From the NCBI GenBank assembly GCA_951406725.2, contig OX597815.1, positions 148,614,001 to 148,678,000 on the forward strand: a stretch of 64,000 bases of DNA, in the 5' to 3' direction. The notes under the pieces were generated by a model. The model ran no database searches. It worked only from the letters and a program-made list of their open reading frames with translations, and was not told the origin of the DNA. Numbering within the stretch: the stretch's first letter is position 1; every line of letters begins with the position of its first letter. Below are positions 40,907 to 55,510 of this stretch, in pieces. The stretch is from Octopus vulgaris. Taxonomy: Eukaryota. Position numbers and translations under genes: made by a program.

Positions 40907-41055
40907 CAACAGGCTTCTTTCAGTTTTCGTCTACTTTACCCATTCAGAAAGCTTTTTTCGGTATGGTGCTGTAGGTGAATAAACTTGCCCAAGTTATCAC
41001 GCTGTGAGCCTGAACCCTGAACGAAGTTGCTGAGAAGCAAACTTCTTAGCATTTT
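40906..41055 (-). mobile_element. SINE family A, 5' half, diverged
   Basis: AGGCTTCTTTCAGTTTTCGTCTAC...ACTTGCCCAAG...CTGAACCC...AGCAAACTTCTTA. Confidence 0.7.
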
Positions 41056-42751
41056 GCCAATATATATGTATGTACATATATGTGTATGTGTATAAAAATG
41101 TGTGCGTATGTGTGAATGTATGTATGACTGTGTATAGAGCTTGAAATCTGAAACCACACAACAGTTGTTAATCACTAAATTTTGAACCCTCCGATCTTTC
41201 AAGCCTTAATCCTGAACATACTGTCAGTGAGATTACCTTCCACAATGGAGTGAGCCTTCTAAGAATGTTTTGCAATCTACTTCTTCCACATAACCAGAAA
41301 CACTGAGATTAAAAAAAGAACGGCGTCAACATCAGGAACACAAATACATCGATTCATCCAACGTGGTAAGAGTTCATTCGGTTTGTGTATCATTTATGTA
41401 CATAAAGTGAAACACAGAACAGCTTATCAAACATGAGCGTCTTTATGTTGTTAGACTTCAGAAGTACGTGATACATTCAGCGTATAATATCTCCTCTGTT
41501 TCTCTATTTCCATAAAATCTTACACTTTCATGTCTTTGAAGATGTTTAAATAGCATGTCATATCAAATATAAATGTATATGATCTGAGTGGTCACACATA
41601 GAAATATAATATATATATATACGTAAAATATGACTCTCCTAGGTTGTTTATTAGTTTATTGCAAGAAAAATACAATATATATGCAAACATGTGCGTGTGT
41701 ATTGCAAATGTGTGGTTGGTTGTGTCACTATTTGTATGTTAATCGATATACATAAAAGAAATTTTACATGTGTAAACTTTCTGAGTATGTGTGCGTATGT
41801 TCCTTATGCATTCGGAAACTGAGTTGCCAATTTTGACGTATGAGAGTATCAAAAGTTTCAGTAATCTTTCGGCTAGCAAATATACTTTATTTTCATTTAC
41901 ATATTTTCTTCGTTATCTCAACAACCAACGAGAGTTATTTGAAATACTCTGCTCTGCAACCACTAGGTTTCGTTAGAAATTGAAATTAGTTTCACACCTA
42001 CAATTTGAACCAAAATTAGAAAGTGACGATATGTCAATAATAAAAGCAAAGTTTCTGCGAATTAGTCACATCTTTCATGTCATTTTTGAGCAATATTTAG
42101 AGTCGATTCCAATGCTTCCCCCTTTTCAGATATTTCATGCATACCTGGAAGTCTACACAGAAAAGCATTTAAGAAAATGAACACATAGACATTGTATAAA
42201 AATAAATCACAGCTAAAATTATGCCATTAAAAGACATCCATTTCTTTATATATGAGGAAATACATTCACCTTCTTTCTCTCACTCTCTCTCACACATGCG
42301 CACGCACACATTCATACAAAAAGCATGCATGCATATGTATTTATCGACATGTATATGAAAGATAATTTGCGATACAGAGACAGTGAGAGAAAGAGAGTGC
42401 GTGTGTGTGCCACTTACACATAATTGCAAAAAATACATACAACACAATACACACCTCCACTCACTCATTCTCTCACACGCACAAGCAAACACGACATCAC
42501 ACACACACACATCCATTTCGTATACACGTATATACATATTTCACTTTCTCTCTCTCCTTCACTTTTTGCACTCAATTCAAAGCAAATGTGCCTTTTCATT
42601 TTCTCCTTTGCAATTCTGCTCTCTTCAAAGCTTACAGAAAAAAATATTACGTAAATTAACAAACAATCATATGATAGTCTATCATCGAGTTGACAGCTTT
42701 GCTGCTACAAACGAGAGAATGCCATAAAGTAACTTAAATTGGAGCACACAT

Positions 42752-42803
<52 letters not shown>

Positions 42804-42884
42804 ACACGCGCGCGCGCGCGCGCGGTAAATCTTCTGTATCATTTGTGTTATTTCTTGATGTGTGCAGGCGCAAAAATCTTTCAC

Positions 42885-43014
42885 CGTGTTGGTCTTTGGC
42901 AAGTTGGTAGTGTATGGAGGACTGTATTTTGTCCACAGTTTTGTCGACTGTTTTTTGATAAATGTAACAAAAAAAGGTCTTCCATACTCTACCAACACGT
43001 CAAATACCAACATG
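42885..43014 (+). repeat. Hairpin with 38-bp stem and structured loop
   Basis: 42885-42922 pairs with 42977-43014 (3 G.U pairs and 4 mismatches on + strand). Confidence 0.85.
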
Positions 43015-43198
43015 TCTGTACAGTGGGTTAAATTATCCGCATTGGATCCAAGCAGCCCTAGTACCCGACACTCAGACAAATACAGATGTACGTACTCATA
43101 GATGAAATATCCCCAGTTCTAAATATAAAATATACTTAGAAGGTTTTCAAACCCCAATAGCCACAGTATTTATATACACAGGTAGAGTTGTTAGGCTG

Positions 43199-43237
<39 letters not shown>

Positions 43238-43780
43238 CACGTATGTATGTATGTTATGTATATACGTATGTATGTGTATCTATGCATATGTGTATGAATA
43301 TGTAATGAAACAGATACAAATACAGATAGATAGATACATAGGTAATACAGTCACACAAGAACACATACATACACACATGAAGACTGAAACACATGACCAT
43401 ATACAACCACACTCCTCACACACGCAAGGAAGCATGGGGAGACTAACATCAATAGATAACATACACACGTACATAGCCGCACAAACCTTGCACATAGAAT
43501 GACTCCCCAAACACTATCAAGTATAATGTTTAACTTTTAATTAATATAGAGTTCACATATGGTACCCAGTCTTCTGTATATCTTGGTTTTAGTAATGATT
43601 TTCTCTAGGTTGTTTATTCCTCCTTCTTTCAAAGTCTATATCATATTTGACGGGGATGTTGTATGACTTTTATATTTGTCTCTGAAAGACCTTGTGTCTG
43701 AATCAGCTTTCGTTGATCGGCTTGACCGTCATTTATTAACTACTCTATTGGGAGATGTGGTATTAGCCTGATCTGAGATT

Positions 43781-44435
43781 TCACAAGCACAGGGAGGAAT
43801 ATAGAAGTTGCACGGGCGGCGCCCAAACCAAGAAAGAAAGGTCAGGCTTGGTCGAACATCTTAAGTGCCCTCTCTCTCACATTTCCTTGCTTTCTCTTCA
43901 TGCTCACCATCTCTCTTCTGTTCACTTCCCGTGCCCCTATCATTTTTTGGTCCCTCATTTCTTCTGTCCCTTTGCCTCTACCCCTTTCTTTTCTCACCCT
44001 ACGTCACCGGTGTTCTTCCAAGCCTGACATTTATTTCTTGGTTAGGCCGCCGTTCGTGCAACATCTATAGTCCTCCCTGTGCTTGTGACACATTGAATCC
44101 CAGCCGTAAGGCTTTATTTCCACACACGTCAGCTTAATTTAATTCATCCGTAGTCGAAAGGCACCTGTTGTTATGACCTGTTATTTGTATTTGAGTAACA
44201 TTCTCCGTTTTTTTCCCTCCTCGTTTTCGTAAGCATTCGCTGCTTTCTTCCAAGGCAGCTCATGATATTAGATTAGTTTTTCTATGGGGCTGGCCAGATT
44301 AGAGCAATCACGAGTGAAATCAGTCGTAATTGCAAAGATAATATTGAACTCGACTTAGGAAAGGAAAACTCCGAACGACCCGTCTTTGTTGACTTTGTAT
44401 CGCCTATATGGATGTTTAGTTGTCTCTTTTTCGTA
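43781..44435 (+). mobile_element. Probable Penelope-type 3' remnant with inverted partial repeat (arms 43781-43860 / 44009-44088)
   Basis: 80-bp inverted arms around a pyrimidine-rich spacer, similar in composition to the Penelope 3' region at 46340-46700. Degenerate core CTTAGGA-AA-GGAAAACTCC-GAACG at 44354-44377. Ends in TA-rich sequence. Confidence 0.5.
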
Positions 44436-44594
44436 TATATTATATGTATATAATATTTTGTGACAACCAGTACCTAACACAACAATGTTTTTACATGTTA
44501 CTTTTGACAATCTTTTTCTAAAAAAGTGAAACCCTGTCAAGACAATAAACACCTTATAAAATGCATTTCAAACCGTCTTTCATACATGTATATG

Positions 44595-44690
<96 letters not shown>

Positions 44691-44754
44691 TACATGCATA
44701 TATACATACAGACACACACACACACACACACAAACACACATATATATATATATA

Positions 44755-45043
44755 TTCCTTTATTTGTTTCATTCATTGGAGAGCGGCAATGTTGCAGCAC
44801 CGCAGTTAGTCTAGAAAATCTACCCCAGGACTTATTTGTGGTAAGCCTAGTACTTATCCTACCGGTCAATTTTGCCGAACCAGCACAGCAAGTTACGTGG
44901 ATGTAAGTACATCAACATTGGTTGTCAAGCAATCTTGGGAGGACAAACATAGGCACACAAACATATACATACACATACATACATACATACATACATACAT
45001 ACATACATACATACATACATGCATACATACATGCATGCATACA

Positions 45044-45102
<59 letters not shown>

Positions 45103-45262
45103 GTACGACAGGCTTCTTGCAGTTTCCGTCTACTACATCCACTCATAAGGCTTTGGTAGGCCAGGGGCAATAGTAGAAGACACTTGCCCAAGTTGCCATG
45201 TAGTGGGACTGAGCCTGGAACGATGGGGTTGGTAACCAAGCTATTTACCACACAGTCACTCC
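44755..45262 (-). mobile_element. SINE family A, near full length with internal (ATAC)n(TA)n
   Basis: Minus strand GGAGTGACTGTGTGGTAAATAGCTTG...TTGGGCAAGTGTCTTCTACTAT...GCGGTGCTGCAACATTG...GAAACAAATAAAG. Confidence 0.88.
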
Positions 45263-45264
45263 AT

Positions 45265-47130
45265 GTGTTGCGTATGTGTTCGCGGGCGATCCCACCAGCA
45301 TTTCTCGGGAGTGGCCATGGGATTGAGAATATGTCCCAACTATGCGATTCTGTTCGTTGGCTATGTTGAGGCCCAAATATTCCTACTCCCCAACTATATG
45401 GCCGTTAATTGGACGACTGTATCGGTGCAACCTCACTCTCTCACGAACATCTAGACTCCGGCTCGTTTGTCAAATCTTTCTATCCTAGCCTCCACTTCTG
45501 CACTATTTCTGACACCTCTGTCTCCTTTCTTGACATTTCGGTAAGCATTCATCACTCCACTCTTACCACCTGCATCCACTACAAACACACAGACTCACAC
45601 TCATAAGTCAACTCCTCCTTCTCCCACCCTAAACACACCAAGCTTTCTATCCCTTATTCCCATTTCCGACGTCAACGCAGGCTCTGTAGTGACGACCATG
45701 ACTTTGAAACTCAGTCTCAACTCGTGGCTCGCCACTCCACCCTACGTGGATATACCCTCACCACTAACCACACCACCCTTGCCAGAGCACGTTTCGTGGA
45801 CCGCGCATCTGCTCTCTCCCCTCGAGCCTATCCTGCAGTCTCCTGCCTCCCTTTCCTCTCACCTACCACCCTGCCTCTCCAACTCACCATTCTCCTAGCT
45901 TTCCGGCATCTCCAGTCCGACCCGTCCACTACACACATCTTCCCTAACCGACCCCTCCCTCCTTCAAACGAGCCCACAAACTAGGAGATCTGCTGGTCCA
46001 CAGCTTCTTCCCCAACCCAACCTCACAACCTGGCTCAGTTCCCTGCTCCCGCCCACGCTGCCTATCCAAAACCCCCTTCCTCAACGGAACCCATCATCGA
46101 CCTTATCACATCACCGACTTCTTCCTTTGCACTTCTACCAATATCATCTATTGCATCTCCTGCTCTCTCTGCCATTCTCTGTACATCGGACAAACGGGAA
46201 GCCTCGGCAAATACACTCCGGTCTCACACCATTTCCATTCTAACGGTCACTCTTTGCAAAACCCGTACGTGTTCGGATTGTATTTTTCGCAGAGGCCATC
46301 CGTGAACAATTATTAATCTTCTCTCTTCGCTCCTTTGTGCCACATAGGCTCAACTCTCCTCCCCTTGCCTCTCTCCTCCTCCTTCCTACACCCTCCTGCC
46401 CACGTCTCCTCTCTTGCTCCAACTCCGGTTTCTCTTCACACTTACTCTTTCTCTTCTCTTACTCTCTTTATCTCTTCTCCCATATCCACCTTCCTCTTCC
46501 CCATTCATCGTCAACCCTCCCCCATAAGCCCACCCCATCCCTACACATTCTTACCCTACCTTACCTATCCTTCCCATCCCACCCCATTCCATCCCTTACA
46601 CCCTCTCCCACATACCTCACCTCTATTCCCACCCTCTTCCTACCCCCAAACTCTACCTCCATCCCCACACTCTATCTACCCCAACTCTACCCCACTCTCG
46701 CTTCCCCACCCAAAAACATCACACTACACTACACCATACCACACAACACATCACATCACAACACACCACCACCCACAGACCAGCACTGACCAATTCCCAT
46801 CCCCACATTTTCACACCTACACATACACACACGCACACGTCAAGATCACCAGCCTTCTTTTACACGCACATACGTATTCTCTTACAAACGCGCGCACCTT
46901 CGTTTTGGTGATCACTTTTACGTTGTTATCCCTTCTTCTTCTTAGCTCTCCTGTGTGACCCGGTAGACACGACACACATTTTCCTCTCCGTGTTTCTCTC
47001 CTTGTTTCTGTGGAAGAGCGTAGGCTCGAAACGGTAAAGACTATTTCAATTCCCGAGCGCTATACTAATACATCTGTTTGTTTTCTACATTCTACACCAC
47101 CTGTCTTCGTCTTTTTTTTCCGTGAATTCG

Positions 47131-47133
<3 letters not shown>
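45265..47133 (+). mobile_element. Penelope-like element, 5'-truncated: RT remnant + GIY-YIG endonuclease + 3' pLTR
   Basis: GVAMGLRICPNYAILFVGYVE, LDDCIG, VSFLDISV...HYKHTDSHS, SHPKHTKLSIPYS..R..RLCS, RGY; then CTSTNIIYCISCSLCHSLYIGQTG (46128-46199) and EQLLIFSLRSFVPHRLN. Many frameshifts. C/T-rich UTR; ends in (TA)n. Confidence 0.92.
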
Positions 47134-47191
<58 letters not shown>

Positions 47192-47240
47192 AAATGACGA
47201 CAGAAAATGAATGAGACTTCGATATTATGTAAATAGTGGA

Positions 47241-47291
<51 letters not shown>

Positions 47292-47694
47292 TATATTATG
47301 TAAAAGGTTGATGCTCGTATACATTGGGGAATACTTCAATTTAAATAAAATATCAACAATTGAAATTATAAAAATAGAGCTTACAGGAATACGAATTACT
47401 TTCATTTTTGTCTTTTGTTTCGCAACCATTCATTTCATCATTATCCATTGTGTTTTTTTGGTATTTAGATATATACTCGAACACCTTGCCTTGCCATTAC
47501 TTCAAAGAGGTGATATTCAAAATGTTCTAAAATGATTTTATATTCAATATATATCTAGCAATACAATCATCGTTTGTATCTTCCTTTCCATTATGCTTAA
47601 AATGTATTGTGTGCGTTGAAATCAAACACATCCTAATTATTTTATGCAAACATATTGCGTACTTAAAACAAACTGAACTGTGCCAACACGAATG

Positions 47695-47742
<48 letters not shown>

Positions 47743-47783
47743 GTATACATATATATATATATATATATATAACATACATATAC

Positions 47784-47848
<65 letters not shown>

Positions 47849-48334
47849 TATATACATATATATATATATAATATATATATATATACGTGCATATATATAT
47901 ATACACACATATATATGTTTATATATATGCCTATGTATATATATACGTGTATATATGCACGCACACACATACACATATGAAGCATTTACCCGTAAATGAA
48001 TAAAACATTTATTAACACGGCATTTTTCACTATAATATTTAAACATTTTACACACTTTCTTCTCTACAAATTCTCTTCGATTTGTCTTCAAAAGCATCCA
48101 ATTATGTTTACAGCTGTGTAAAATATCATAACCTTTCATGACATTCAAAGTTTACACAGTTCAAATGGATATGAGAAGAAAGCACCACTTTTGAATAATC
48201 ATTTTTACAATAAAATCCTTTCACTTGCGAATCTAAACATCAAAATTTGATTTTGAAGCAATAAAACATCCCACGATTTAGACTATGAATATTTCCCCGA
48301 GCCTCAGCGTGATAATATTTTATATTTTTGGTGG

Positions 48335-48875
48335 GCTCTCGTGGCTTATGATCTTAACTGATTGGAAATATTAACGTGCACAAGTTTTGTATTAGAAGAG
48401 GTACTGCAGCAAATATTCTGCTCAATACCACAGATTTGCTTGTCAGTTGTTTGACCTTAACCAGTTGAGCATGTTCCTTAGTGGCTGACGATATGTGCAT
48501 CTCTGATCACAAGCAGAAGTAGTGGGGGAGCATCATAGCCATGTGTTGAGAGGGATTCTTTGGGGTTTGAATAGTTCACCTCTGGAAACATGGGTGCTTC
48601 TTTCAACATCCTTAAACAACCCTTATTCAGGGACCATTTGAGTGAGACGAGCTACCTGTCCTCAAGATATTCTAACTGGGGCCCTATCTGCAAGATCATC
48701 GCTGTTCATTTCAATATGAGGCCATCGTGTTTTGTTTATATGTCGTTAAAGCATATGGTATTAATGTATGTATTTTGTGTACATTTACCGGACCCGGAAG
48801 TGAAAATGGGTATATTGGGCTACGTATATTTTACCCCAGTGTCACTTTGATGGCATGCACTGCTCTCTCACTCAA
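48335..48875 (+). mobile_element. Dispersed repeat ending in (TAA)n; probable long 3' UTR of an R4/Dong LINE or a derived non-autonomous element (copy 1)
   Basis: Clearly homologous over about 500 bp to 50003-50535; both end ...ATGCACT.CTCTCT.ACTC(AAT)n. Confidence 0.7.
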
Positions 48876-48987
48876 TAATAATAATAATAATAATAATAAT
48901 ATAATAATAATAATAATAATGCGAAAATCGTTGACAATGCATATTCAGGAAGAAGACGTAAATTGATAACATATGCCCTAATAATGA

Positions 48988-49125
48988 ACTAGTATTTTTT
49001 TTTTATTTTTATCGACCGAGAAGCATGAAATTTACCTCGGCAAAATTTGAACTCGAAATATAAAGATGAACGAAATGCTGCTAAGCAGGTTGCCAGGCAC
49101 GCTACCAATTTCGCCGGCTAGCTGA
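48988..49125 (-). mobile_element. SINE family C fragment
   Basis: TTTTATCGACC...ACCTCGGCAAAATTTGAACTC...AAATGCTGCTAAGCA...CACGCTA. Confidence 0.7.
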
Positions 49126-49129
49126 TTAC

Positions 49130-49437
<308 letters not shown>

Positions 49438-49690
49438 ATGCGAAAATCGTTGACAATGCATTGAATGCACCCGCCCCCAGGGCAGATATACAACGATTTT
49501 ACATGCCAAGAAATGAGGAGGCCCGTGGACTTTTACAACTGGAACTAATAATGTTTTCATTAATATTCTCTAGAACAATACTACGTGCAAAATCAAATAT
49601 GTGACACCCTAGGCATAACACCAATATGAAATTCTAACTTATATTGTTTTGAGGTCACTGGGCGAGTCTTGGAGTCAACTATTACAAATA
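49438..49690 (+). mobile_element. R4/Dong-type LINE fragment (post-RT motif joined to a probable 3' end)
   Basis: MRKSLTMH*MH.PRADIQRFYMPRNEEARGLLQLEL matches the HPKADxxRLYLPRxxGGRGL motif; (AAT)n on both sides. Confidence 0.75.
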
Positions 49691-49744
49691 ATAATAATAA
49701 TAATAATAATGATGATAATAATGATAATGATAATGATAACAATA

Positions 49745-49823
<79 letters not shown>

Positions 49824-49851
49824 TGATAATAATGATAATGATAATGATAAC

Positions 49852-49914
<63 letters not shown>

Positions 49915-49915
49915 G

Positions 49916-50001
<86 letters not shown>
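49688..50001. repeat. (AAT/GAT)n microsatellite with higher-order duplication
   Basis: The GAT/AAC interruption pattern repeats at a period of 111 bp (AAC at 49738 and 49849). Confidence 0.9.
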
Positions 50002-50002
<1 letters not shown>

Positions 50003-50535
50003 TGATGCAATATACCAGGCAGTGGCACTCATGGCTTCTGATCTTATTTGATTGGAAGTGTTTTCATGTACATTGTTTTGCCTTGGTATAAAAGATGGGC
50101 TACAGCAAATATACTGCTCAATACCACATATTTGCTTGTCAATTGTTTGATCTTAACCACTTGAGCATGTCCCTTAGTGGCTGATGATATGGGCATCTCT
50201 TATCACAAGCAGTAGTGGGAGTGCATCATAGCCATGTTTTGAGAGGGAATCTTTGAGATTTGAATAACGTCCCTCTGGAAACATGGGTGTTTCGTTCAAC
50301 ATCATTAAACAACCCATATTTAGGGACCTTTTGAGTGGGATGGGTTACTCAACCAGAAGAATATTCTAACTGGGGCCCACCTGCAAGGTCATGTGCTGTT
50401 TATCACTATGTCGCGCATATATGATTGTGATGCTTGTGCCTAGTGTACCCTTATCAGACGTGTAGTCCTGATGGGTATACTGGGCTTCGTATATTTTCCC
50501 CAGTGTCACTTCATGCACTTCTCTCTTACTCAATA
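50003..50535 (+). mobile_element. Copy 2 of the (TAA)n-terminated repeat
   Basis: Homologous to 48335-48875; (AAT)n on both sides. Confidence 0.7.
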
Positions 50536-50661
50536 ATAATAATACGTGCCATCCGTGCATCAGAGCAAACCACAGCACATACCCTTGGCATAAAGAGCTG
50601 CGCTCGGTACTCATGTGAAAGCACGTTATCAAAATAAAACTACTGAATAATAATAATAATG

Positions 50662-50731
<70 letters not shown>

Positions 50732-53700
50732 AAATAATAATAATAATAATAATAATAAAAAGATGAGGAGAAGAACGTGAGAGGCGTTAGGAGGAAAATT
50801 ATATAAACAATTAGAAAAGTCTTATAAAATATGAGAACACGTTTATCATAATACAAGAGGAAACCATATGCACCCATAATACTAGAGGAAACAATCTCAT
50901 GAGATACTGAATGGTCATAGTATTCAAGGGTACAAGCCCTTACCCAACAGTTACTTTACAATGTATAACGTCATACTTCAAGTAAGTAGGACCATTCACC
51001 CAAGCTATTTTTGTCACACACGAATTCTATTTACAGTTTCAGTGCAGGTCCAGAAATTTTAAGAACTTGGGCTTTTTCTAACCAGCGTCCTCAAAAGTTG
51101 AGTTTTAATTTAGCTTGTGAGAAATTATGATGCGAAACATAGTTGAACATAAGATGTTTTGAATTCCAAACGTAAAGAGCCAGGGCATATAACACAAATT
51201 CATTTATCCAGTGTTTCAACGATTTTGTCAGTGTTCTTTGATTTATAAATACTTGGAATTTTATTGTTAGGCATAAAATTATATTCATATAATATTGTAT
51301 TTTGTCTTAGCGATTTTCATGTTTATTCCGGAGAGGAAATGTCTGCAGTAATGGAATATTTCGAAATTATATAATTAGTAGCGTTAATAAAAATGCAATA
51401 AATCTGGTCTTTTGCAGCTGTTACATACAATCTATTGTACTTTTCACTTTACAGCCGGTATAGCCCATTTCTTACAAACTGTAAATAGCAGTCATCTCTC
51501 TAAGTTAAGATTTATCGTAGATTGAAATTGCAGAAGTCCATCATTTAAAATATTTTTAATAACAGAATTAAATACACAGTTTTGAATAATTCCTTTAACA
51601 TCAATCCACTAGAATATTATGAAAATACGAAAGACAGCAAACAAAATTTATAATCATATAAATTTAATCCTCAAAACTAATGTAAGAAAGCTTGTTAATC
51701 TTGGAACAGTGGCAAACTTGTTAGTGTCGCTTATATGTTTCTGAAAATTCTTTATTCTTTCAGTTTGAAAGATGATGACGGTAGAACTCGTATATAGTCA
51801 CATTATTTCAAACATTTTCAACGCATGAACTTGGACATGAAGTATATAAACATAATTTTCGGAAAACAAGAGTTTACATATGTTATGCAGTTTGCAAGAT
51901 ATCTATATAAACAGTGTTTGTGTTGAGCTTCTTTCTTCGATTATCGTATGTTTACAGTTGGGTTCCGCCTCCAGCATGAAATACGGTGTTGTTTAATTAT
52001 ATTTTTGAAATCTGTGCCATTATACGTTAGTGTCGTGTATCAAGTGCACTTTGTATTTACAGGGAAATATCTATTCCCATAAAGCTCATTTATATAGGTT
52101 ATCGTATAAAATTTAAAGAAAACATTAATTTATGGTAGCGCATGAACTAAGCAAAATATTTGTAATTTTTTGTTGCTTCTATTTGGTTTTCTAATCTTCT
52201 TTGACATCCTACACGTAATATGGACCAAACGCTTCATAATCACATTCTGTTTACAAAGTGCAAATATGTACACGTGATGAAACACTTCAAATTAAGAGAG
52301 AGCAAAATTCCTATTGCAAATATTTAGCAGATGTAAAATTGGAAAATTGAAAATATTTGCCATCGTCAAAAATATTAAAATTGTTATCCCTATATGATTA
52401 ATTTCTGTAAAGTTTTCTCTCAATAAAATTAGATTATGCTTTAAAGGCAATATTTCTTAATTACTGTATATTTAATACGGGTTATAAGAGTAACAGTTTA
52501 AAATTACTTAGAGATATTAATTCCTCGCAAACGTTGTAATTCTTTGATTTTTTTCCCATTACACAGATACTTAAGAAAATATGTGTTGTAAATATTTTCG
52601 AAACAAGGAAGTTTGATTCAGACTCATTCATAAAGTACAAGATAGCATAAAGCATATATTGTATGGCAGGCTTGAGGCATGTTAGACCCAATCACAGAAC
52701 GACGAAACACAAAGTAACAAGTTATCCAGAAACAAATGTGTAAGACAATAAACAATGAAATTATACAATGAACATCCCCTCGCTTTAACTCTAACAGTGT
52801 TTTAAATATTAGTTTTAAGGTTATTCAGTTAAACAATATATGATGGTGGCGTTCTCAGTACAAACATCGAATTGATTAAAGACAAATAATGTATAACAAT
52901 AATAAGACAAGTATGGCCTTTGTAAAAGCAACGGTATCGGTGGTAAGTGAACCTTTCACACACATGTACAAACACCCATACTTACCACTGTGTGTGCGTA
53001 CGTGTGTGAGAGTGTATTGGTGTGTGTGTTTGTGTGTGTACGCCTGTGTGTATAGAGGACGTGTAGTTTAGACGTAGCCTGCTTGTACAGTGATATGCAT
53101 GGGCTTTAATACTTGCTATATATAGTCAGACACACATTAATTCAGCGTGTGCTCGGCATACTTTGCTGCTTTCACTCATTTCTCATCACCAATATTTGGA
53201 CAACCTTGCCATAATCGCAGGACTTGTCCAGTCCAACCTAGAGTTTTTGTTTCCTTTTATTGCTTATCTACTTCTTGGGTGGGAATATGTGTAAATATTT
53301 TCTGTTAAACAGTATTGAGAAGTATTGTATTCAATGTAATGGATAAGACAGCATATAACAAAAAAATGACAGACTGCCATTTCCCGCTGTATAAATTTTA
53401 AGTAATTCGTCCCAGATAGTTGGCATGGATATTGATGCCATGTAGAACAACGTAAACTTTTTATTCTCACGATTTAGGGTGATACGTAATTTCAATGTAA
53501 GAAATTACTAAATTTGCTAGATCTCATTATTAACCATTTAAAACAACAGACGTGGTGTTCTATACATTTACGTTGTCCTTAGTAACTGGAATTTTATTTC
53601 CCATGAATCGGTATGCGTTTTGGTTTCGCAATCCACCTAGAAGTTCGGATGTGTGTGAAAGATATTGTGGATAGTATTTCTAATTTTTTCTTCGTCTAAA

Positions 53701-54858
53701 ATAGTCAACTTTTATAGGGAACTCGACAAATGCAAGTCTTAAGTGTAGCAGACAGAAAGGATTTGGGTAATGGAATACAAAAAGTGCAGTGTTGTGATGT
53801 CTAGTATGTGTTAGCCACTACATATTCGGAATCCTGAGGAGGGAAAATGAGTTTAATAAATATGTTGGTTGGCCTTCAATATGAAGCAGAATTACGATAC
53901 AATTTCCGAGTTCATACGATTTCTGAGAAACGATATTATAACATACACTGTTTATATTAATGGGAGGTGTGTCCTCATCTTCACTGTACTTGGTAGATTC
54001 AATCCTTATTCAGATATCTTGTGATTCACACTAGTCTCTTGCCTGGGAATGAACTCAAAACTTCCAGGTAACTGCAAAACATTAACCAGTACCTTTATCA
54101 TCTGTGTTATGGCGGCATGCAGGAGCTGAGGGAAATTTTAAGGTTTAACTCCTTTGATGTTCTTATGTTGGTCCATATCAATACAGTCAACGCACAAAGA
54201 CATCTGAATAAGGCTGGAACGTACAAGAACCAAAACAAAGTAAAAGCAATTAGCACGAGAACAAATGTAAACAATTTCCGACATATTAGCATTAAAAGAC
54301 AAACTTATTAGTAAATGCATAAAAACTTATAGCCTGTAAGATTATGATCAATAAGTTAGGAAGAAATCTGTTCTAATATATGTTAAAATTGATCTAAGGG
54401 AAATTCGTCTTCATCGAGAGTAGCAGCAGGTACAATATTCTGACATTCGCTATTGTTGACTTAATTAAGAAGAATACTTGGGCAATATGTTCTATTTATG
54501 CTATAGTTCTCTAATATTAATGCAGATTTTTGTGTTATGCGTTATGTGAGATGGCTAACCTTTACACGATCATTGCAACATATACAATATTATAGAAGTT
54601 TACGTCATTTTCTCATTCAGTGTTGCAATTAAAACATTAGTGGTTTGCTAATATCATTTTGTTAAATTATTGATCATATTCATGTATTTTCATTTACTAA
54701 CTTTTAGTCTTAGTCACAATGGTTGTCTTTGTGTTGCATTGGATTCTTTATTTGAATTTGGAATTTTGTCTCTAGTTTGACTATTTCATGGATACCTCTT
54801 TGTTTCATTGTAATGTTGTTTGATATTTCAGTCATCATACAAACGCACACGCACACAC

Positions 54859-54933
<75 letters not shown>

Positions 54934-55004
54934 GGGAGTATGCTCCAAACTTACAGGGAAAAATTAGATTTAGGATTAAATCAAATTTCACAGTATAAAT
55001 ATAT

Positions 55005-55456
55005 AAAATATGAATTAGAGATTAAACCACTATTAGGCAACTCAAACAGTCATAGACATAAACCAATACATAAATAACAAATAATATAAATATAATTAAT
55101 ATTATGTATAGTGTATATATATAAAATATAAAATTTAATTATTTTTAACCAAAAAGTATAAAAAGAATGATAAATATAATATAATAAGTAGTAAGTAATA
55201 AGTATAAGTATAATAAGTAAATACACATTACTTATTACGTATATTATATTTATCATTCTTTTTATACTTTTTGGTTAAAAAAATAAATTTTATATTAGGA
55301 GTGGCTGTGTGGTAAGTAGCTTGCTTACCAACCACATGGTTCCGGGTTCAGTCCCACTGCATGGCATCTTGGGCAAGTGTCTTCTGCTATAGCTCCGGGT
55401 CGACCAATGCCTTGTGAGTGGATTTGGTAGACGGAAACTGAAAGAAGCCTGTCGTA

Positions 55457-55510
<54 letters not shown>

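Noticed and set aside
46335-46958. 207-aa Pro/His/Ser-rich ORF
   Set aside because: Low-complexity C/T-rich 3' region of the Penelope element; the lack of stops is compositional.
51400-52100. Several + strand polypyrimidine-AG acceptor-like sites (also 16892 and 34500)
   Set aside because: No consistent open exon with a good donor; such sites are expected by chance in T-rich DNA.
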